Counted from the first letter of the stretch, positions 1 to 9,653 are shown. The stretch is DNA of 64,000 nt from Planctomycetota bacterium (GCA_965228735.1 OZ245838.1:1664001-1728000), one strand, 5' to 3'. Numbers and translations: made by a program. Notes: generated from the letters alone by a model not told the origin.

Positions 1-393
1 CGCGCCGTCCGCCGTGACGGCCGTGCACGTCATCATGAGCCGCGTCTCCTCGTGGAGCTCGCCGGCGAGCAGCCGGGTCAGCGCAAGCTCGGACTGCTCT
101 TGTTCGTAGGCGGTGAGGAACCCGAGCCGCCCGCAGTTGATCCCGAGCGTCGGGCGCTGGTGCGACCCCATGCGCCGCGCCGCGGCGAGCAGCGATCCGT
201 CGCCGCCGAACACGACCACGAAATCGCATTCGACGTGCGCGAGCGACGACTCACGATCCGTGATGACCGCCACCTCGCAACCCCGCGCCCGCAGCCACGT
301 CGCGTGCTGCGTGACGAGCGCCTTCGTGCCGCCCTTGCGTTCGTCACCGACTACCGCGATGCGCAGCGGACTCGACGTGTCGGACGGTGGCAC
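1..393 (-). CDS. nadK: NAD(+) kinase, partial (3' end runs off the window)
   Basis: Not in the ORF track. Manual translation from GTG at 393 gives ...DFVVVFGGDGSLLAAARRMGSHQRPTLGINCGRLGFLT, containing the GGDG and GINxGRLGFL NAD-kinase motifs. Lies directly downstream of dxs. Confidence 0.9.
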   Translation of the reverse strand, partial: MPPSDTSSPLRIAVVGDERKGGTKALVTQHATWLRARGCEVAVITDRESSLAHVECDFVVVFGGDGSLLAAARRMGSHQRPTLGINCGRLGFLTAYEQEQSELALTRLLAGELHEETRLMMTCTAVTADGA

Positions 394-406
394 CGCCGCC
401 TCGCCC

Positions 407-2458
407 TCAGTTGGAGACGTTGGAGGCGCGCAAGCCCGCCTTCGATTGAGCAGTGGTCGAGCGTTCGGCGCCGGCATCGACCCGGGCGAACCGCGTGGCG
501 ATCTGCTCCGCGGTCAGGCCGCAGTGCTCGAGCACCTGGTTGCGCGACATGTGCTCGAAGATGTCATCGGGCGCGCCGAGCACGTCGATGCGCGCGCGCA
601 CCGGACCGTTCGCCGCGACGCACTCGAGCACCGCGCTGCCGAATCCTCCGACCTTGGCGTGGTCCTCCAGCGTCACGACGTGGTCGTGACGCTCACACAG
701 GTCGAGGATGCCGGCCTCGTCGAGCGGCTTGCAGAAGCGCGCGTTGACGACCTCGATGTGGACCCCGCGCTTGTCGAGCAGGGCCGCGGCCTCGAGCGCC
801 GTCTGGACCATGTGACCGTAGGCGACGATCGCGCCGTCCTGACCCGGTCGCAACACTTCCATCTTGCCGAGCTCGATCGGCTGCTGCTTGCCGGACCAGC
901 CGACGAGCTCGTGCCGGTGCGGCGCGTTGCCACGTGCGTAGCGCACGCCCGACGGCCCCGGCAGCGTGAGCGCGAACTGCATCATCTCGTGCAGCTCCTG
1001 CCCGTCCTTCGGCGCCATGAGCGTGATGCCCGGCATGCACCGCAGGTAGGCGATGTCGTAGAGACCGTTGTGCGTCGCGCCGTCCTCGCCGACGAGCCCG
1101 GCGCGATCCATCGCGAAGATCACGGGCAGGCGCTGCAGGATGACCTCCTGGAACACCTGGTCGTAGCCGCGCTGCAGGAACGTCGAGTAGATCGCGCAGA
1201 TCGGCCGCATCCCGCTCGTCGCGAGGCCCGACGCCATCGCGACCGCGTGCTGCTCGGCGATCCCGGCATCGACGAAGCGCTCCGGGTATTTGTCGCGGAA
1301 CTCCATCAGTCCCGTGCCGTCCGGCATCGCCGCCGTGATCGCGATCACGCGATCGTCGGCCTCGGCGAGCTTGTCGATGCTGTCGCCAAACCACTGGGTC
1401 CAGGCCCGCCCGGGCTTGGTGAGCGGCACGACCGGCGGCAGGACGGCCGGCTCGACCGACACCTTCTCGAGCTTCTTGCTCGAGGTGACGGGGGCCTTCG
1501 GAGCCGGCGCCGCCTTCTTCTGGGCCGCCTTCTTTTGGGGCTTGGCCGCGTGCGCGCGGTCGTAACGATCCTCGCTGCCGGGCACGCCCTTGCCCTTCTC
1601 GGTCATCACGTGCAGCAGCGTCACGCCGTCCAGGTTCTTGCACTGATCCAGCGCGTCGACGACGGCGTTCGTGTCGTGACCGTCGACCGGGCCGAAGTAA
1701 CGGAAGCCCAGCTCTTCGAAGATGTGGCCCGGCGCGACCATGTTCTTCAGCAGGTCGACGGTGTCCCCGAGGCGCTCGTCGATACCCTTGCCGACGTACG
1801 GAATCGCCTGGATCAGATGGTGCACCGTCTCCTTGGCGCGGTTGTAGAACGTGCCCGACCGCAGCTTGTTGAGGTAGCGCGACAGCGCGCCGACCGTCTT
1901 GGCGATCGACCAGCGATTGTCGTTGAGGATGACGAGCAGCCGCACGTCTTCGAGCGAGCCGGCGTGGTTGAGCGCTTCGAACGCGACGCCGCAGCCCATC
2001 GCCGCATCGCCGACGACCGCGACCGAGTGCCGGTCCTTGGCCTGCATCCGATCGCCCATCGCGATGCCGAGCGCCGCCGACGCCGCCGTGCCCGCGTGCC
2101 CCATCAGGTAGGCGTCGTACTCCGACTCCCACTTGTTGGAGAAGCCACTGAGCCCGTCCTTCTGTCTCAGCGTGTGGAAGCGCGCCTTGCGCTCGGTGAG
2201 CAACTTGTGCGGATAGCACTGGTGACCGACGTCCCAGACGAGCCGGTCGTTCTTGAAGTCGAACAGGTAGTGCAGGCCGACCGTCAGCTCGACGACGCCC
2301 ATGCCAGAACCCAGGTGCCCCCCCGTCACGCTGACGGTGTCGAGGATCACCTGGCGCATCTCGGCGCAGAGCTCGGGCAGCTGATCGCGCGACAACCGCT
2401 TCAGGTCGTCGGGATTGTCGACTTGGTCGAAGAGAGGCGTGCTCGACGGCTGGTCCAA
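407..2458 (-). CDS. dxs: 1-deoxy-D-xylulose-5-phosphate synthase
   Basis: Motifs GGHLGSGMGVVELT, WDVGHQCYPHK, GDAA..ILNDN (TPP binding), GIAEQHA, IYSTFLQRGYDQ, DRAGLVGEDGATH. Likely start is TTG at 2458 after GGAG. Confidence 0.97.
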   Translation of the reverse strand: MDQPSSTPLFDQVDNPDDLKRLSRDQLPELCAEMRQVILDTVSVTGGHLGSGMGVVELTVGLHYLFDFKNDRLVWDVGHQCYPHKLLTERKARFHTLRQKDGLSGFSNKWESEYDAYLMGHAGTAASAALGIAMGDRMQAKDRHSVAVVGDAAMGCGVAFEALNHAGSLEDVRLLVILNDNRWSIAKTVGALSRYLNKLRSGTFYNRAKETVHHLIQAIPYVGKGIDERLGDTVDLLKNMVAPGHIFEELGFRYFGPVDGHDTNAVVDALDQCKNLDGVTLLHVMTEKGKGVPGSEDRYDRAHAAKPQKKAAQKKAAPAPKAPVTSSKKLEKVSVEPAVLPPVVPLTKPGRAWTQWFGDSIDKLAEADDRVIAITAAMPDGTGLMEFRDKYPERFVDAGIAEQHAVAMASGLATSGMRPICAIYSTFLQRGYDQVFQEVILQRLPVIFAMDRAGLVGEDGATHNGLYDIAYLRCMPGITLMAPKDGQELHEMMQFALTLPGPSGVRYARGNAPHRHELVGWSGKQQPIELGKMEVLRPGQDGAIVAYGHMVQTALEAAALLDKRGVHIEVVNARFCKPLDEAGILDLCERHDHVVTLEDHAKVGGFGSAVLECVAANGPVRARIDVLGAPDDIFEHMSRNQVLEHCGLTAEQIATRFARVDAGAERSTTAQSKAGLRASNVSN

Positions 2459-2544
2459 AACTGCTCCGTAGGAGTGGTAACGTCGGACGAGATCGCGGAT
2501 TTCGAGAACCGCTCCGCCGCGCAAGGCCGGACCGCGGGCCCGAC

Positions 2545-3486
2545 TCAGCGGCGGCGCTCGACGCTAAAGGTCGCGCAATCTTGCAGTAGCGCCACCGCGG
2601 CGTCCAGTGCGGAACGCGGCTGGCCACGCCAATCCGCGACCCCCTGGCCCAGTCGGGCCGCCAGCTCGCCGGCCTCCGCGGCCAGCTCGCGGGCCACGCG
2701 CTGACTCGCCTCGAGGCCGACGAGCGCGGGCCAGGTCAGCTTCGCCGCGGCCAGGTCCGCGAGCGGGTTCTTGCCCAACTCCGCCGCGCTGCCCGTGATA
2801 TCGAGGCAATCGTCGGCGATCTGGAACGCCCGTCCGAGCCGGTCGCCGTACTCGCGCAGCAGCGCGAGCACCGCGGGCGGCACCGCCACCGGCTCCCCGA
2901 CGGTCCCGGCGTAGGCGCCGACCAGCAGCGAACCGGCGATCAGCGCGCCGGTCTTGTGATCGTGGATCCACGTCAGCCGTTCGATCGTGTGGCGTCCGGC
3001 CTTGGCCTCGTTCTCGCCCTCGGCCGCGAGATCCTCGACCTGCCCGCCGACCATGCCGCGGCTGCCCGCCGCGATCGCCAGCTCGCGCACCGCGTCACCG
3101 CCGCCGTGCGCGGCCGCCTCGAACGCGAGCGTCAGCAGCGCGTCGCCCGCGAGCAACGCGGTCGCTTCGCCGAACTCCACGTGGGCCGTCGGCCGGCCGC
3201 GCCGCAGCTCGTCGTCGTCCATGCACGGCAGATCGTCGTGCACGAGGCTGTAGGTGTGCAGGCACTCGAGACCGGCCGCCGCGCGCAGCGCGCGCCGCGG
3301 ATCCGCGTGCATCGCCGTCGCGCCGAGCAGCGCGAGCATCGGCCGCAGGCGCTTGCCGCCCGGGAACATCGCGTAGCGCATCGCCGCGTGCAGCTCGCTC
3401 GGCGGCTCGCCCTCGGCCGGCAGCAGCGCGTCGAGCTCGCGTTCGACCTCCGGCAGCCACTGCGTGACGAAGTCGCCGAAACTCAT
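2545..3486 (-). CDS. ispA: farnesyl/geranylgeranyl diphosphate synthase
   Basis: Motifs GGKRLRP, SLVHDDLPCMDDDELRRGRPT, KTGAL, FQIADD. Upstream of dxs. Confidence 0.95.
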   Translation of the reverse strand: MSFGDFVTQWLPEVERELDALLPAEGEPPSELHAAMRYAMFPGGKRLRPMLALLGATAMHADPRRALRAAAGLECLHTYSLVHDDLPCMDDDELRRGRPTAHVEFGEATALLAGDALLTLAFEAAAHGGGDAVRELAIAAGSRGMVGGQVEDLAAEGENEAKAGRHTIERLTWIHDHKTGALIAGSLLVGAYAGTVGEPVAVPPAVLALLREYGDRLGRAFQIADDCLDITGSAAELGKNPLADLAAAKLTWPALVGLEASQRVARELAAEAGELAARLGQGVADWRGQPRSALDAAVALLQDCATFSVERRR

Positions 3487-3604
3487 CGGACCGCCTCGCG
3501 GTCTGGAACGCGACGAACGAACGGCGACTGGCTGCGTCGGATCACGGGCACGGGAGAGCTGGCAGGCGTTGGTCAGGCGGCGAACCGGCGGTCGGCACGC
3601 GACC

Positions 3605-4732
3605 TCAGCGACGGACTCGCACGACGAGGCCGAGCATGAGCTCGATCGCGCGGGCCGGCGTCACGGCAGGCAGCAGGATGCGATAGCCGTCGCCAGAGAT
3701 GTTCGACTCGGCCAGCCCGCGGCGCAACAGTCCGTCGCGCAACACCAGCGAAACGACGTTCGCCGTCTCGTCGATCTCGACGGCGAGCCGCGCACACGTT
3801 GCCCCCCAACGCACATGCCCTTTGCTGTCCGTCGCGAGCAGCTGCGCATCGAGGAAACTGGCGTCCTCGAGCCCCCGCAGCCGCTGCAGCCGGATCGTCT
3901 CCGGCGTGCCACCCGCGGCGAGCAAGCCGTCGAAGCGGTCGAGCCAGGCCAGCCGGGTCGCCGGATCGAGATCCGTCGGCCGCACGTCCACCGCGAGTCC
4001 CTCGGGCGCCGGGTACTCGCCCTCGGCCGTCACGAGCTGCGGCAGCCGCTTCTCGAACAGCGGACCATCGACCGGGCCGACGAGGATCGTGAACCCGTCC
4101 TCGGGCAACGGCACGCGGGCGCCGTCCTCGTTGCGGGTGCCATCGAAGAACGTCAGCTCGAGCCGTCGCTCCGCGCGATCGAGCGTCGCGGTCATGCGCC
4201 CCGCGAGGACCAGGTCCGCGCCGAGTTCGTCGCTGTCGGCGTGCACGAGCTCGACGTCGTGCAGGCCGTGCTCGTCGAGCGCGCGCGCGCGCAGGAAGCG
4301 CAACCGCGGAAAGCCCTCGATGCGCAGGCACTCGTGCAACGTCGCGAGACACTGCCGCACGCCGGTCGGCATCGGGGCGAGCGCGCGCTCGTTCGCGGCC
4401 CGGATCTCGTCGCCGCGTGCCTCGGCGAGGGCCGTGGCGCGCTCCACGGCCGCGCTCATCTCACTCAGCTGCGTCGCCGTGCGCGCGACCTCGCCCTCGA
4501 GCCGAACGACATCAGTGCGCGTCGCCTCGAGTTGCGTTGCGAGCGCTTCGCGCGCGGCCGTGACGGTCCGCAGCTCGTCCGCCCCACGCGCGGCAGCCTG
4601 CTGGGCCGCGCGGGCCGCCAGTTCGAACCGCCCCGCTGTGGCCGCGACCGAGCGGGTCTCGAGCGTCAGCAGCACGACCGCGGTCAACAGTCCGGCGATC
4701 GCGACAAACGTCAGTACGGCAGGGAAACGCAT
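3605..4732 (-). CDS. hypothetical membrane-anchored protein: N-terminal TM, coiled coil, internally duplicated beta-rich domain
   Basis: Hydrophobic N-terminus, Ala/Glu heptad region and two similar ~90-aa segments. Confidence 0.75.
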   Translation of the reverse strand: MRFPAVLTFVAIAGLLTAVVLLTLETRSVAATAGRFELAARAAQQAAARGADELRTVTAAREALATQLEATRTDVVRLEGEVARTATQLSEMSAAVERATALAEARGDEIRAANERALAPMPTGVRQCLATLHECLRIEGFPRLRFLRARALDEHGLHDVELVHADSDELGADLVLAGRMTATLDRAERRLELTFFDGTRNEDGARVPLPEDGFTILVGPVDGPLFEKRLPQLVTAEGEYPAPEGLAVDVRPTDLDPATRLAWLDRFDGLLAAGGTPETIRLQRLRGLEDASFLDAQLLATDSKGHVRWGATCARLAVEIDETANVVSLVLRDGLLRRGLAESNISGDGYRILLPAVTPARAIELMLGLVVRVRR

Positions 4733-4862
4733 CGATGGACCGGCTCGCCGCGCCAATCAGACGGCGCCCCGAGGGACGGAGACCATGAGACGACACTGGC
4801 GCCGAGAACTTCCCGGCCAATCCGGCGGCCGGCCCGGTTCGGGGCTCCGCGGGCCGGGCTGG

Positions 4863-5678
4863 TCAGTTCCAGGGCTTGCCGCGGTTCTTGTTGTTCCAGT
4901 TCTGCCAGTCCAGGAACTTGTTGAAGTTCTGGCCCGTCAGCTTGCTGAGCGTGTCGTTCCACTTGCCGCCGATCGCCGCGAGCGTGTTGCGCGCGTTGGC
5001 CGCCTGGATGTTGCCCGACCCGAGCTGCGACGCGAGCGTGTCGAGCGAGCCCCAGCGCTTGAGCAGGTCGTCGACGATCTCCTTCCGCAGCGCCTCCTTG
5101 GCCTTGTCGTAGTTGCCGAGCGCCTCGCCCGCCGCGGCCATCAGCGCGTCCTCGGGATTGCGCCGCGCCTCGTCGAGCAGGAACTTGATCTTCGACTCGT
5201 CCTTGGTCTTGCCGATGCTGCGCAGCATGCGCTCACGCAACGGCACCCACGGCTTCTTGTCGGGGAAGCGGCTGCTGTCGTACGACTTCTGCAGGATCTT
5301 CGCGCCTTCCTCACCGCAGTACGCCAGCGCTTCGACGGCCGCGAAGTAGAGCTCGGGACTCTCCGGCGGCCGCAGCTTGCCGCGCTTCAACACGCCATCG
5401 AGCGCCTTGTCGATGATCTTCTGGTCCTTGTCCGCGACGCCGGCCTGCAGCTTGACGAGCAGCTTGTCGATGCACTCGACGCCCTCGGCATCGCGCGCGA
5501 ACTTGCGGTCCTTGACGCAGTCCGCGAGCCGGTCGGCGAGCGCCTTGATCTCCGGGTCCGACTTCTTCGGCGCCGGCTTCTGCGCCGCCACCGAGCCGGC
5601 GAACGCGCTCAGCAGGGCCGTCGCGGCGAGCACTACGCCCGAGCGATGCATGAATGTGTGTGCGAGCTTCATCGTCAT
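4863..5678 (-). CDS. secreted HEAT-like repeat protein
   Basis: GGAGGT RBS, signal peptide ending VAA-Q, helical repeats such as AAVEALAYCG and AAAGEALGNY. Confidence 0.75.
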   Translation of the reverse strand: MTMKLAHTFMHRSGVVLAATALLSAFAGSVAAQKPAPKKSDPEIKALADRLADCVKDRKFARDAEGVECIDKLLVKLQAGVADKDQKIIDKALDGVLKRGKLRPPESPELYFAAVEALAYCGEEGAKILQKSYDSSRFPDKKPWVPLRERMLRSIGKTKDESKIKFLLDEARRNPEDALMAAAGEALGNYDKAKEALRKEIVDDLLKRWGSLDTLASQLGSGNIQAANARNTLAAIGGKWNDTLSKLTGQNFNKFLDWQNWNNKNRGKPWN

Positions 5679-5870
5679 ACCTCCGTCGTCATCGGCGCGA
5701 ACGGCCCGTGGCGGCAAGCCTTCCGGGAGCGGGCCGCGCCACCGGGGCCCAACCCGCGGCAGCATGGGCCGTTCGGTCCATGGTCGCCAGCATACAAAAG
5801 CCGTTCCGTCGCCGCGAATCCGCCTTGCCAATGCGGCATGTCACCCGCCTCGATCGCGGGACCATCCGGC

Positions 5871-8132
5871 TCACGGCAACCGCTCGAGCAGCTCGCGCGC
5901 GCACTCGCGCACGACCGCCATGTCGAGCAGGTGCCAGCGGCTCGGCAACGCGCGCTCCTCGTCGACCCCGCGCCCCCGCAAGGCCGCGGCCAACTGCCGC
6001 GCGAGTTCGCTGAACCCGCGGTGGTGCGGCGATTCCGCGCCCGGGTCACCGAGGAAGTCGACGATGTGCGCGAGCACGAGCTCGGTGTGCGGCGACACGG
6101 CGAGCGACGCGAGCTCCGCGCGCCGCTCCATCTCGCCCTCGATGACCGCCGCCGACAGGCCGAACTGCAGCATGAGTCCGAGCCCACGCCCGAGGTTGAG
6201 CCCGATCGGCAGGTAGTAGAACGAGTCGACGAGGTGCTGCCGTTCGTGGTGCCGGATCGTGTCGAGGACAGCGAAGTCGAGGTCGGTGTCCTCCACCGAG
6301 GACATCACGGACAATCGGTGGGCGACGTCGAGCGGATCGAAGCCGGGCGCCGCCGGCAGCGGGTCGCGGAGCAGCGCGCCGCCGTCCGCCGCGACGACGC
6401 GGCGGCGCTCGCTGACGGCACCGGCCCACTCGCGCACCGCGTCGAAGTCGACGAGGTAGTGGTTCAGCAGCGCGACGCCCGCGATGTCACCGCCGACGAC
6501 GCCGCGGAACGCGCGCACGTCGCGATCGCACGCGACGACCTCGAAGCACCGCCCTGGCAGGGGCAGAGCCTCGTCCTCGCCGAGCTCGGTCACCGCGAGG
6601 CGCGACAGCAACATACCCTCGGCGGTCCCGCCGGAGCGCCGGCCCAGCACGAGGTGGCGGTTGTAGTTGGCCAGGTGCGCCATGAGCCCACCGCGGAACG
6701 GGTCGAGCAGCTCGCCGACGAGCGGCACGTAGAAGCGTTCGACCTCGCCGACGACGTCGCGGCCGAAGATGCGCTCGCTGACCGCGCGCAGCTCCGCCGT
6801 CACCTCGGCGAGGCTCGACGTGCTACCGCTGCGGTAGCCGCGATACAACAGCCGGCGCAGCGCCGCCTCGAACGCGAGCTCGGCGCGCGCCTCCGCGAGC
6901 CGTTCGGCCACCGCCGGATCCTCCGACCAGCGCATCTGCGCGAGCCCCCCGAGCTGTTCGGCCTCGGCGACGAAGCCGGTGCGCAACAGCGCCGTGAGCA
7001 ACGCCGCCGCCCGTTCCGCAGTCGCCAGCGGATCACCGGCGTGCCAGGGCCCATCGAGCAGCGTCAGCCAGCGGCCGCGCAGTTGATTGTCCTCCGCGAG
7101 CACGAGCCGCCGCGGTGCGTCGGCCCGCAGCAACGCGAGGAAGCCGCGCAGATCGCCGACCGCGAGGCGCAGGCGACGCTCCGTGCGACGCAGTCGCGGC
7201 GACCGCGCATCGGTCCCGGCCGCGGCGAGCACCGCGATCGCCGCGTGCGGCTGCCGATGGCGTTCGAACAGCTCGACGAGCGGCTCGAGCCCGCCGTTCT
7301 GGGCGAACGCCTGCAGCCGTTCCGGCGACGCGCGCAACAGATCGAACAGTTCTTCGGCCTGCCCGTCGCTCGCGCCGCCCGCGAGCCACCCCTCGACGAG
7401 CGCGTGAACCCGACCGTCGAACGGCCGCAGCCGCAGCGCCTCGAGCACCGCGTCCCAGGCGCCGTCCCGGTCCTCGACGGCGAGCAGCGAACGCGCCAGC
7501 CCGATCTGCCCGACGCCCGCGACGCGCGCGTCCTGCGCCATCGCGCGCCACAGCTCGACGAGCTCGCGCTCGCGCCCGAGACGCGCGAGGGTCGGGGCGT
7601 AGGCCTGGGCGATCACCGGGTGCGCATCCGTGGACCGATACAGCGACTCGAACAGCTTCGCGCCGCGCCCGGGGTCGCGCTGCGCCAGCGTGTGCGCGAG
7701 CCCGAGCCACGGCCAGAGCCGTTCTGGGCCGGCCTGGGCTGCGCGTTCGAACAGCTCGAGCTTGCGGTCGCTCGAGAACTCGACCCGGCCGCGCAGGTAG
7801 AGCGCCAGCGGATCGTCCGGAGTGCGTTCGAGCCACTCGTCGAGCTCGTGCACGAGCACGCCCCGGCGGCCGCGCTGCCGCAGGATGTCCTGGCGCACGC
7901 GGTGGGCGTCGACGTGCCGCGGGTGCTGCTGCCGCACCGTCTCGACGAGGGCGAGCGCTTCCTCGACCTCGCCGCGATCGAGCAGCGCCCGGGCGCGTAA
8001 CACCGTCTGGTCCGCCGGCGCGTCGGTCCACGGCAGCGTCATGAGTCGCGCCGGTGGCTGCCCGACCCGCACCGCACACGCGGCCAGCAACAGGGCGCAG
8101 GCGAGGACGACGCGGCTCATGACCTGTGACAT
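5871..8132 (-). CDS. TPR-containing lipoprotein with C-terminal HExxH motif
   Basis: Lipobox LAAC, TPR-like helices (ALYLRGR, WLGLAHTL), HERQH near the C-terminus. Confidence 0.75.
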   Translation of the reverse strand: MSQVMSRVVLACALLLAACAVRVGQPPARLMTLPWTDAPADQTVLRARALLDRGEVEEALALVETVRQQHPRHVDAHRVRQDILRQRGRRGVLVHELDEWLERTPDDPLALYLRGRVEFSSDRKLELFERAAQAGPERLWPWLGLAHTLAQRDPGRGAKLFESLYRSTDAHPVIAQAYAPTLARLGRERELVELWRAMAQDARVAGVGQIGLARSLLAVEDRDGAWDAVLEALRLRPFDGRVHALVEGWLAGGASDGQAEELFDLLRASPERLQAFAQNGGLEPLVELFERHRQPHAAIAVLAAAGTDARSPRLRRTERRLRLAVGDLRGFLALLRADAPRRLVLAEDNQLRGRWLTLLDGPWHAGDPLATAERAAALLTALLRTGFVAEAEQLGGLAQMRWSEDPAVAERLAEARAELAFEAALRRLLYRGYRSGSTSSLAEVTAELRAVSERIFGRDVVGEVERFYVPLVGELLDPFRGGLMAHLANYNRHLVLGRRSGGTAEGMLLSRLAVTELGEDEALPLPGRCFEVVACDRDVRAFRGVVGGDIAGVALLNHYLVDFDAVREWAGAVSERRRVVAADGGALLRDPLPAAPGFDPLDVAHRLSVMSSVEDTDLDFAVLDTIRHHERQHLVDSFYYLPIGLNLGRGLGLMLQFGLSAAVIEGEMERRAELASLAVSPHTELVLAHIVDFLGDPGAESPHHRGFSELARQLAAALRGRGVDEERALPSRWHLLDMAVVRECARELLERLP

Positions 8133-8208
8133 ACGCCAGTCGCGCGGCGAACGAAAGGTCGGCCGTGGGCGTTCGCCGCCGGCCTCGTCCCCACCGCGAA
8201 CGGCGAGG

Positions 8209-8250
8209 AAAAAAGGCGGCCCCGCGGTGTTGCGTGGCACCGCGGGCGCC
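8209..8250 (-). terminator. intrinsic terminator
   Basis: Minus strand reads GGCGCCCGCGGTG-ccacgcaa-CACCGCGGGGCCGCC-TTTTTT. Confidence 0.75.
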
Positions 8251-8435
8251 CGACCGCCGGCGCCGTCCCCCAACGGCGCGCTGGCGTTCTCGCCTGGTCC
8301 GTCGCAGCCCCCCAGCCGCGTCGGCGCCAGTGCGCAGACCCCCTGATCCCGCACAGTCTGCGCAACACCGAACTCGCCCCCCCAGGCGAGGACCCGGTGC
8401 GCACCCGAGCATCGACAGGATCGGATTCTTGCTTG
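8209..8435 (-). ncRNA. putative small RNA with repeated UGGGGG-loop hairpins (5' end uncertain)
   Basis: Hairpins at 8260-8279, 8303-8320 and 8373-8390 share the same hexaloop. A fourth 9-bp stem lies at 8331-8364. The array ends in a terminator and no credible ORF overlaps it. Confidence 0.5.
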
Positions 8436-8561
8436 ATCACCATCGGCAACACCCCATGCCAACGGTCGCGGGGCGAGACGACCTCGGGAGAGTCCCGGTG
8501 CACCTACGACTGAGCCGGACGAACGCGTGCCCACGGCGCGGCAGTTCCGGCTGCCCGGCGA

Positions 8562-9653
8562 CTACTGCACGGTCAGCTCGACGACCGGCGCGATGCCCAG
8601 ATCGCGCGTCCCGGTCGTCGCTGCCGTGCCCGAGCTCCATACCCGTCCGACGGCTTCCCAGCCGCAGACCTGCACCTTGTTGGCCTGGCTCGTGACGATG
8701 CCGAGCGCATTCGCGGTCGGATGGATCGCGCCGGCCTGGTACTTCAGCCACGCGCCGACGAACGCCGGGTTGTTGGGGATGAGGAACGGGAACGTCGCGC
8801 TGCCGTCGCCCTGCGCCACCGAGAACAGCGACCCGCCGACGTCGAGCGACACGAAGCAGCCCGGCGCGCCGAGGATGCCGAGATCCTGCGGCAGCACGAA
8901 GCCCGCCCACGGGCCGGTCTCCTGGTCGCCGAAAACGAGCGTCACGAGCGCGCCAGGCTCGGCATCGAGGATGCGCACGATCCACGGCCGGCCCCAGATC
9001 ACCTGCGTCGTCGAGCTCTCGACGCGCAGCGGTGCCGCGCTCTGCGGCGTGCAGGCGGCGGGCCCGACCGGCACCTCGGGGCTGTTGCACACGTAGGTGA
9101 TGTCGAGCGGATACTGCCCGGGCGGCTGGCCGAACACGACGACCTCGATGCAGAGCCCGCCGAGCGCCGGATCATAGGCGAACGGCGTCTCGAGCACGAT
9201 CGGCGGCAGGAACGCGTTCGGCATCGCCGCGGTGCCGTGCGCCGGCAGCGTGAGCAATTGGCGCGAGAACACGACCGTTTCGTCGACGCCGCGGTTGTTC
9301 GCGAAGCCGACGTCGAGCTGCAGGATCGACGCGGCCGTCGTCGACATGCGGATCTCGCAGTCGACGAGCTTCTGGTTGCTGACGGCGCCACCGTCGATCC
9401 GGAACGCGACCTCGGTGATCGTGACCGGGCCCGTGAAGTTGAGCGGATCGTAGACCGCCTGCACGCGCGTCGGCGTGCCGCGGCCGAACGGCACGTTCGT
9501 CGTGCTCGACCCCTCGCGCGCGGCGTGGGAGCCCGGCACCACGAGTCCGGACTGCGCATGGGCGCTGGTCAGCAGCAGGCTGCCGAGCGTTGCCCAGCCA
9601 AGGACAGAGCCAAGGACACAGCCAAGAGAGAGCCCGATTCCGCGCATTACCAT
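8562..9653 (-). CDS. secreted hypothetical protein with lineage-type C-terminal domain
   Basis: Signal peptide (AHA-Q), beta-rich body, and a GAPGC...IPNNPAFVG..YQA..ANALG segment shared with 30870-32855. Confidence 0.8.
   Translation of the reverse strand: MVMRGIGLSLGCVLGSVLGWATLGSLLLTSAHAQSGLVVPGSHAAREGSSTTNVPFGRGTPTRVQAVYDPLNFTGPVTITEVAFRIDGGAVSNQKLVDCEIRMSTTAASILQLDVGFANNRGVDETVVFSRQLLTLPAHGTAAMPNAFLPPIVLETPFAYDPALGGLCIEVVVFGQPPGQYPLDITYVCNSPEVPVGPAACTPQSAAPLRVESSTTQVIWGRPWIVRILDAEPGALVTLVFGDQETGPWAGFVLPQDLGILGAPGCFVSLDVGGSLFSVAQGDGSATFPFLIPNNPAFVGAWLKYQAGAIHPTANALGIVTSQANKVQVCGWEAVGRVWSSGTAATTGTRDLGIAPVVELTVQ

Noticed and set aside
113..8000. Very long plus-strand ORFs (113-2704, 3699-8000) and similar antisense ORFs elsewhere, e.g. 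26367-29060 and most of 52538-56536
   Set aside because: These are shadow ORFs opposite well-supported genes, expected from high-GC codon bias, and they carry no recognisable motifs.
8446..8462. Sigma54 promoter (TTGGCAT...TTGC) on the minus strand
   Set aside because: GG-to-GC spacing is 11 nt rather than the strict 10, so it is not called as a feature.
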